Below, piece after piece: positions 57,710 to 64,000 of a stretch of 64,000 bases of DNA. This DNA is from Planctomycetota bacterium (GTDB lineage Bacteria > Planctomycetota > B15-G4 > SIAN01). A program made the position numbers and the translations under genes. The first letter of the stretch is position 1. Every line of letters starts with the position of its first letter. Where the stretch lies: contig JANNXA010000027.1 of NCBI GenBank assembly GCA_031409275.1, positions 32,001 through 96,000 on the forward strand, in the 5' to 3' direction. The notes below the pieces were generated by a model. The model made no database searches and was not told the DNA's origin. It worked only from the letters and a program-made list of their open reading frames with translations.

Positions 57710-59989
57710 TCAGCGCGTTCCGCCGCCGAGCTTCACCGGCTTGCGCACGACCGTCTCGAACTTGTCGGCCCCCTCGATCAGGCGGTAGCTGCCGTCGAGC
57801 GGCGGGCCGGGCAGCGTCTGCTGGGTGCCGGAACCGGGCCAGCGCACGTGGATCGCGGTGATGGCTGTGGCGTTGCCGAGCCCGATCTCCTGCTGCAGCG
57901 AACTGCTGCCGAAGCTGCCGCCCGTGTTGACCGCGACGTGGATCGAGCGCGCGCCGTCGGGGGTGGTGACATCGACGCGGATGCGGGCGCCGATGGCGCT
58001 GCGGTTCGCCTTCACGCCTTGCAGGCGCAGCGTGATCGAGTGGTTGCCGTTGCCGGGATTCTCGAAGAGGACCTTCGGATAGACGTCGCCGGGGAAGAAC
58101 CCGCCGACGGCGAGGAAGAGATCCTGGTCTCCATCGTCGTCGAGGTCGGCGAAGGCGACGCCGTGGCCCTTCTGCAGGTGGCCCATACCGACGGCGGCGG
58201 TGACGTCCTGGAAGCCGTTGCCGGCGTCGTTGCGAAACGCCCGGTTGGGCAGCAGCGCCGCGAAGTCGGGCGCTCCGTTGCCGAGGTAGAAGTCGAGCCA
58301 GCCGTCATTGTCGAAGTCGCCAAAGTTCGATCCCATGGAGAGGATCGAGCGGTCGACCCGCTGTTCGCGCGAAACGTCCTTGAAGCGCCCGTCGCCCTCG
58401 TTGTGGTAGAGGCGCGGCATCTCGGTCCGCGCTTCGACGCGGCCCGCCATGAACTTCCCGACCTCCTCGTTCATGCCAGGCGTGAAGCCGGAGTTCGAGC
58501 CGACGAAGAGGTCCTGGCGCCCGTCGTTGTCGTAGTCGAAGAACCAGCACGGGAAGCTCATCTTCGGGTTCTCGACGCGCGCCTTCTGGGTGGCGTCGAC
58601 GAAGCGGAAGCCGGCCGAGCCGGGGGTCGGGTCGGGGACGTTGCGCAGCAGCAGGTTCGTGTTGGCGCGACGCGAGACGAAGAGGTCGGGGCGGCCGTCG
58701 TCGTCGACGTCGCCAGCGATGACCCCTTTGACGAAAGCGGAGACGACGAAACCGACCTTCGTCGCCACCGATTCGAAGGTGCCGTCACGCCGATTGAGCC
58801 AGAGCTCGCTCGGGTGATCGGGACCGCCGGGCGAAGTTTCGTTGCCGACGGCGAGGTCGAGCCAGCCGTCGCCGTCGAAGTCGCTCCACGTCGCGGTCTG
58901 GGTCGGATGAAACGACAGCAGCCCGGCCGCGACGGTGACGTCCTCGAACGTCCCGTCGCCGCGGTTGCGCAGCAGCGAGTTCGGGATGCATCCGTCCTCT
59001 TGCAGCCACGCGCCGCGCAGCACGAAGACGTCCTCCCAGCCGTCGTTGTCGAAGTCGGCGTGGACGAGGTTCAACCCGCCGCACAGCCCATCGAGCTGAG
59101 CTGCATGCGAGGCGTCGCGAAAGGTGCCGTCGCCGTTCGCGAGGAACAGGCGAAGCGGATCGGCGAACCCGATCGAACTCGTCATGACATCGAGGTGACC
59201 GTCATGGTTGAAGTCCTCGATGGCGACGCCGCCGGAGATCGTGGCGTTGTCGATGCCCGCCGCGACGGCGACGTCGGCGAAGCGCGGCATCGGATGCTCG
59301 CTGGTGTAGTACGCCGGCGTCATGCGAAACGCCTCCGGGACCCCGTCGGGCCAGGTGCCGAGCGTGCTGTGGGCGAGGTTCAGGAGCCAGCGCGCCTCGT
59401 CGTCCTTCGGGTCGCGGGCCAGGATCTGCTCGAGAACGGCGATTGCGCCGAGCGATCCACGCGTCTCCGCGTGCTGAGCGTCCAGGGCGAACGGGGCGAT
59501 GCAGGAGGCGCAGCAGTGGCGCGCGAGGCAGTTCTCGACTTCGCCGAGGCGCAGCCAGGAGACGCCACGCGTCCGTTCGATCGCCGTGCGCACGGGGGCT
59601 GCCTTGTCAGGCGGGATGGTCGCGAGCGCCGCCTCGGCACGGCCGAGCTCCTCGATCGCGGCGAGTGGGTCGCCACTCTGCAGCATTTCGACGGCGAGCT
59701 TCTGGCGCAGGTCGGCTTCGCGTGGCGTTCCTTGGTTGCGAGACACCTTGTCGCGAAAGAGCTTGACGCGTTCGATGCTCAGGAAGCGACAGCGCTCGGG
59801 GTCGACCTGCTTGGCGCATTCGAGGAGCTGCGCGGCCATCGCCACGTTCGAGGGATAGCAAGCGGTTGGAGCGGGCGCGGCGACGTCCTGGGCGACGCAC
59901 ACCGTGCTTCCCAACGCGGCGAGAAGAAGTCCCCGAGAAATGGCGACGAGGGACGGACGAACGACCGGACGAAGAGCGGGGAAGGGCAT
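57710..59989 (-). CDS. CRTAC1-family protein (paralogue of 55393..57645)
   Basis: Same architecture: WLRLGEVENCLARH, DFDNDGW repeats, GMGHLQKGHG, NRSAIGARI. Start at 59989 or 60001. Confidence 0.9.
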   Translation of the reverse strand: MPFPALRPVVRPSLVAISRGLLLAALGSTVCVAQDVAAPAPTACYPSNVAMAAQLLECAKQVDPERCRFLSIERVKLFRDKVSRNQGTPREADLRQKLAVEMLQSGDPLAAIEELGRAEAALATIPPDKAAPVRTAIERTRGVSWLRLGEVENCLARHCCASCIAPFALDAQHAETRGSLGAIAVLEQILARDPKDDEARWLLNLAHSTLGTWPDGVPEAFRMTPAYYTSEHPMPRFADVAVAAGIDNATISGGVAIEDFNHDGHLDVMTSSIGFADPLRLFLANGDGTFRDASHAAQLDGLCGGLNLVHADFDNDGWEDVFVLRGAWLQEDGCIPNSLLRNRGDGTFEDVTVAAGLLSFHPTQTATWSDFDGDGWLDLAVGNETSPGGPDHPSELWLNRRDGTFESVATKVGFVVSAFVKGVIAGDVDDDGRPDLFVSRRANTNLLLRNVPDPTPGSAGFRFVDATQKARVENPKMSFPCWFFDYDNDGRQDLFVGSNSGFTPGMNEEVGKFMAGRVEARTEMPRLYHNEGDGRFKDVSREQRVDRSILSMGSNFGDFDNDGWLDFYLGNGAPDFAALLPNRAFRNDAGNGFQDVTAAVGMGHLQKGHGVAFADLDDDGDQDLFLAVGGFFPGDVYPKVLFENPGNGNHSITLRLQGVKANRSAIGARIRVDVTTPDGARSIHVAVNTGGSFGSSSLQQEIGLGNATAITAIHVRWPGSGTQQTLPGPPLDGSYRLIEGADKFETVVRKPVKLGGGTR

Positions 59990-60135
59990 GGGCTGCACCA
60001 CGGCGGGGCTGGCGACATCCCGCGTGAGATCGCGGCGGTCGGGAACCCGGCGCGGCGCCGATTATGCACTCCGCGTGCCAGAGCGGCGGCCCTCGCCGCC
60101 CACCCCGGCACGCCGTGATGGAAGCCGATCAAGCC

Positions 60136-60525
60136 TCACTGCTTTCGCGGGGCCGCTTCTGGCGCGGCCGGAGGCGCGATTGCCTGCTTCACTTCCGCGG
60201 CGAGTTCAGTGATGCCAGCGAGCAGCGCGGTGCGCGCCGCTGGGTTGGGACCCGCCGCCTCGAAGCCTTGAGCGCGCGCGACCTCGCCGGCGGTCGCGAG
60301 TTTCGCGATGCCGGCCGCAAGTCCGGCGCTCAGGCGGCCGAGACGCGCGAGCTCTGCCTGCTGCTCGGCCACCAACTTCTCGAGCGCTTCGACGCGGCTC
60401 TCGGTCGTCGGCGGCGCCGGCACCACGGGCGTCTCCTGGTGGCGCTGCCCGAACGCCAGCAGCGTCGCGCCCGTGAAGGCGAGGGCGACGAAGGCGAAGG
60501 TGCGGCTTAGCGGCGAAGGAACCAT
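60136..60525 (-). CDS. Hypothetical exported coiled-coil protein
   Basis: ATG 60525 preceded by GGAG; signal peptide; RVEALEKLVAEQ coiled coil; GFEAAGPNP. Confidence 0.65.
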   Translation of the reverse strand: MVPSPLSRTFAFVALAFTGATLLAFGQRHQETPVVPAPPTTESRVEALEKLVAEQQAELARLGRLSAGLAAGIAKLATAGEVARAQGFEAAGPNPAARTALLAGITELAAEVKQAIAPPAAPEAAPRKQ

Positions 60526-60576
60526 TCGATCTCCTCCCTCTTCCGACCGGCGGTGGACAGCCGATACTCTGCGTCC

Positions 60577-61344
60577 ATGCATCGACCAATTTTTGCCCTG
60601 GCTTGCGGATTCCTGGTGGTGACGGCGGCGTGCTGCGGTCCTGTAGCTGCGCCGGCGCCCGAGGTCGTCGCCGCCGTCGCTCCCGACACGAAGTGGCACT
60701 TCGTCCCGGAGAAGAGCGAGAACCTCGACCTGCGCGTGGGCGAGCGCCAGACCTTCCTGATCGAAGTGGTGGGTGAGGGCGAGATCGACTGGAAGAGCGT
60801 GCGTCTCAGCACGACCTGCGAGTGTCTCTCCGCCGAGTTCATCGGCAAGGCGAACGGCAACCGGGCGACGGTCCGCGTCACCCTCCACGGGTTGGAGGAA
60901 GAAGACATCGATGGCGGCGTGGTGCTCGAAGGGGCCGACCACGTGCGCCTCGCCGAGCACCTCGCGCGCATCGCCATTCGCCGCGGGCCGTTCACCGATC
61001 CGCGCGAAGTCGACATCGCTCCCACGCCGGAGGGGCGCTTCGAGTTGACCGTGGGGCAGTCCTTCAAGCTCGACGCAAAGCTTCCCGATTCGATCCTGGT
61101 CGATCTCTCGATCGACGCGCTCGACGCCACCAAGATCGAATTGCTCGAGATGGAGGACGGCAAGGCGAACTGGCCGACGCAGGCGCCGAAGAGCGTCGTC
61201 CTGACGACCAGGCTCTCGTTCGTGGTCGTCGCGCAGGACAAGAGCCTGCCGTTCGAAACGACGATCCCCGTCGAGTTCGGCGAGCCCGCCGTGAAGCGGG
61301 TCGTGAAGGTCCGCTGGCCAGGTCTCCCGAAGGCCGGCCATTGA
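60577..61344 (+). CDS. Hypothetical lipoprotein with Ig-like (DUF1573-like) segment
   Basis: Lipobox-like VTAAC and an STTCECLSA motif. Confidence 0.65.
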   Translation: MHRPIFALACGFLVVTAACCGPVAAPAPEVVAAVAPDTKWHFVPEKSENLDLRVGERQTFLIEVVGEGEIDWKSVRLSTTCECLSAEFIGKANGNRATVRVTLHGLEEEDIDGGVVLEGADHVRLAEHLARIAIRRGPFTDPREVDIAPTPEGRFELTVGQSFKLDAKLPDSILVDLSIDALDATKIELLEMEDGKANWPTQAPKSVVLTTRLSFVVVAQDKSLPFETTIPVEFGEPAVKRVVKVRWPGLPKAGH

Positions 61345-61589
61345 TTCGCCTCCCCGTGCGCGTACCCTTTCACCGTCTTGCTTCCGTTCGCATCGGGTCT
61401 AGCGCTCCGCTTTCGCGGTGCGCGTCTTTGCTGGTTCGACGAGCGACTCGGCCCTGCCGTGGCGCATTCGATCGACGCTCCGGCGCCCCCTTGTCCGCGG
61501 GTGCCGGCGTTCTGCCGCGTGCCCTTCCGGCCACGCTGGCGCTTTCGGACCGCACCCGATGCGGACCGTCTTTTTGAGGTTCCTCCTGC

Positions 61590-63215
61590 TTGAACGACAC
61601 TCCTGAACTTCCGGCTCCCGCTGTTCCCCCCGCGGTCGAGCCGCCCGCGCTGGCCACCGACTTCCCGTCGCTTGGCCTCTCGGCGCCGATCCTCGCCGAC
61701 CTCGCCGAGCTCAAATTCGTCACTCCGACGCCGATCCAGGCCGCGGCGATCCCGGTCGCGCTGACTGGCAAGGATGTGATCGGCATCGCGCAAACGGGCA
61801 CCGGCAAGACCGCTGCCTTCTGCCTTCCGATCATCGAACGACTGCCGGCCGACGGCGGTCTGCGGGCGCTCGTGCTGTCACCGACGCGCGAGCTGACGCT
61901 GCAGACGTTCCAGTGCGTGCAGCAGATGGGCAAGAGCAAGGGGTTCCGCGCCGCCGCGATCATCGGTGGCGAAGGCTTCGCCGAGCAGAACCGCGCGCTC
62001 GCCAGCAATCCGGCCATGGTGGTCGGCACGCCGGGCCGCGTCCTCGATCAGATGGAGCGCGGCAACCTCGATCCGCGCCACGTCGAGGTGCTCGTCCTCG
62101 ACGAGGCCGACCGGCTGCTCGACATGGGCTTCGCCGAGCAGATCGAGTCGATCATCCGCCGCATCCCGAACGACCGCCAGACGATGGTCTTCACCGCGAC
62201 CATGCCCTCAGGCATCCAGGCGATCGCGCGCATCTACATGCGGGAGCCGGTCGAGGTCTCGGTCGGCGCGCGCATGACCGTCGTCGATCGCTGCAAGCAG
62301 GAGCTCTACTCGTGCACGCCGCGCGAGAAGGTCATCCTGCTCAAGTGGCTGCTGCGTGACGAGGATGGGCAGGTCATCATCTTCACGCGCACCAAGCGCG
62401 GTGCCGACCAGCTCGAGCGCGAGCTTCAGCGCGGCACGCGCAAGATCGCGGCGCTCCACGCCGACCGCTCGCAGGAGGAGCGCACCTCCGCGATGAGGCG
62501 CTTCCGCGAAGGCGACGTGCAGATCCTCGTCGCCACCGACCTTGCCTCGCGCGGCCTCGACGTCGATGGCATCGCGCGCGTGGTCAACTACGACGTCCCG
62601 CCGACGGGCGAGGACTACCTCCATCGCATCGGCCGCACCGCGCGCGCTCATCGTGAAGGCGTCGCGTCCACCTTCGCGACCATCGAAGACCTCTCCTCGC
62701 TGCGCTCGATCGAAGCGGTCATCAAGCAGCGCATCACGTCGGTCTACGTGAAACGCGACGAGCTCATGGCCTTCGCTGCCGAAGAGTCGGCGCGTGAGGC
62801 GGAGCTCGCGCGCACGCGTCCGGCGCCGCGCCCGATGGAGCCGCGGCGTGAGATGGGCGGCTCGCGTGGCGGAGATCGCCACGGTCGCGGTGGCGGTCGC
62901 GGTGGCGGTGGCGGTGGCGGTGGCGGTGGCGGTGGCGGCGGCGGCGGGCGGTTCGGCGGCGGTGGTGGCGGTCGCGGCGGAGATCGAGGCGGCGAGCGTT
63001 CGCACGGCGCTCCGCGCTACGACGACGGACCGCGTCCGCCTCCTTCGGCGCCGCGCGAAATGCCGCGCGCACCCGCGCCTCCTCCGCCTCCTCCGCCGCG
63101 CGCGCCGGCTCCACCGCGTCCGGCCGCGCCCCCGCGCGACGGGATGGAAGAGCTGATCCGGCGGCGGCGCGAACGGCGACGCAGCGGCGGCGACGACGTC
63201 AAAACCGGAGGTTGA
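61590..63215 (+). CDS. DEAD-box RNA helicase (RhlE-like) with Gly/Arg/Pro-rich tail
   Basis: PTPIQ, AQTGTGKT, PTREL, TPGR, DEAD, TAT, SRGLD, HRIGRTAR. Confidence 0.95.
   Translation: MNDTPELPAPAVPPAVEPPALATDFPSLGLSAPILADLAELKFVTPTPIQAAAIPVALTGKDVIGIAQTGTGKTAAFCLPIIERLPADGGLRALVLSPTRELTLQTFQCVQQMGKSKGFRAAAIIGGEGFAEQNRALASNPAMVVGTPGRVLDQMERGNLDPRHVEVLVLDEADRLLDMGFAEQIESIIRRIPNDRQTMVFTATMPSGIQAIARIYMREPVEVSVGARMTVVDRCKQELYSCTPREKVILLKWLLRDEDGQVIIFTRTKRGADQLERELQRGTRKIAALHADRSQEERTSAMRRFREGDVQILVATDLASRGLDVDGIARVVNYDVPPTGEDYLHRIGRTARAHREGVASTFATIEDLSSLRSIEAVIKQRITSVYVKRDELMAFAAEESAREAELARTRPAPRPMEPRREMGGSRGGDRHGRGGGRGGGGGGGGGGGGGGGGRFGGGGGGRGGDRGGERSHGAPRYDDGPRPPPSAPREMPRAPAPPPPPPPRAPAPPRPAAPPRDGMEELIRRRRERRRSGGDDVKTGG
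62901..62948 (+). repeat. (GGTGGC)6-based simple repeat encoding a 16-Gly run
   Basis: Six GGTGGC units from 62901, then GGC GGC GGC GGG, in frame in the helicase tail. Confidence 0.85.
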
Positions 63216-64000
63216 GCCCGGCGACGGCGCCGGAGAGAGTCACGTCGCCGTTGAACGTCTGTCCGCTCGAGACGCCATCGAACTGGATCATCAGGTAGCG
63301 CCAGCCGGCGAACACGCCGAAGGCGCCGAAGCGCCAGCGCAACAGTGCTTCGACGTCGAGGATGGTGCCGTCGATGTCGGCGAACGTCGCCTTCATCCCG
63401 GCGGCCGCCAACTCGAACGACAGCGGCACGAGGCCGAGCGCGCCAAGGTCGAGGGCGGCACGCGCCGCCAGCAGCGGCACCGCCTGCTGCACGTCGATCG
63501 ACTCGTCGAGCCCGAAGACGACCTCATGGACATCGAGCTGCACATCGACCCATTCGGCGGCGAGGCCGACCCCGACTTCGAGCGCCGGAGTGTCGAGGAA
63601 GTCGCACAGCAGGCGCAGCTGTCCGAGCTTGAGGTCGAGATCGCTGACGACTTCGGAGCCGGCCGTGATGTCGCCGAAGTCCGCGCTCGCGGTCCCGCGG
63701 CCGCTGGCCTTGGTCGCGAAGCCCCACGCACCGATGTCGAGCATCCCGAAGTCGAGTTCCGCGCGCGGCATGACGGCGAGGTCGGCGTCGTCCAGCGAGA
63801 GCTCGCTCGACAGGTCGATCGCGTCGAGGTCGGTCAGCGTCGAACTCGCCAGCCCGAGCGACCCGTCGAGCTTCGGCGCGTGGACGCCGACATCGAAGGT
63901 GAACGCGGCGTTGTCGCCGATGCAGCCGCTGCCAAGCAGCGTGGCGAGGGCGGCGGCGAAACGCGCCAATCGCCGGCCAGCGGCTGGACGGAGGGTGGGG
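63199..64000 (-). CDS. Outer-membrane beta-barrel lipoprotein (5' end probably outside the window)
   Basis: Lipobox LLGSGC, alternating beta-strand pattern, FAGWRY, terminal Phe (LNLRF). The frame is open to the window end. Confidence 0.7.
   Translation of the reverse strand, partial: PTLRPAAGRRLARFAAALATLLGSGCIGDNAAFTFDVGVHAPKLDGSLGLASSTLTDLDAIDLSSELSLDDADLAVMPRAELDFGMLDIGAWGFATKASGRGTASADFGDITAGSEVVSDLDLKLGQLRLLCDFLDTPALEVGVGLAAEWVDVQLDVHEVVFGLDESIDVQQAVPLLAARAALDLGALGLVPLSFELAAAGMKATFADIDGTILDVEALLRWRFGAFGVFAGWRYLMIQFDGVSSGQTFNGDVTLSGAVAGLNLRF

Overview
Very GC-rich, gene-dense bacterial window. It is most consistent with a Planctomycetota genome (inference from the Ser/Thr kinase-WD40 protein, the CRTAC1/ASPIC proteins, the redoxin-cytochrome c-copper monooxygenase paralogues and a prenyltransferase-repeat/HEAT protein). 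About 48 real CDSs can be separated from many GC-driven shadow ORFs. Housekeeping genes: cstA, mqnB/mqnD, kynA, orn, ogt, dapE/dapC/dapD, nfo, fabI and a DEAD-box helicase. No rRNA, tRNA, CRISPR array or transposase was recognised. Most notable: (1) an AhpC/TSA-like selenoprotein missed by the ORF track, with an in-frame UGA in a U-x-x-C motif and a SECIS-like hairpin, in a cstA-selenoprotein-TVP38 operon; (2) a single ORF fusing an ATP-grasp ligase, a SenB/GT4-like remnant and an intact EgtD histidine methyltransferase, a candidate pathway to an undescribed hercynine/ergothioneine/selenoneine-related conjugate; (3) three tandem secreted redoxin + c-type heme + PHM-like dicopper monooxygenase proteins; (4) an arsM-cobW pair without arsS; (5) a decayed MCP pseudogene, two palindromic repeat elements and a structured divergent intergenic region. 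Family assignments come from motif recognition by eye, not from database searches.
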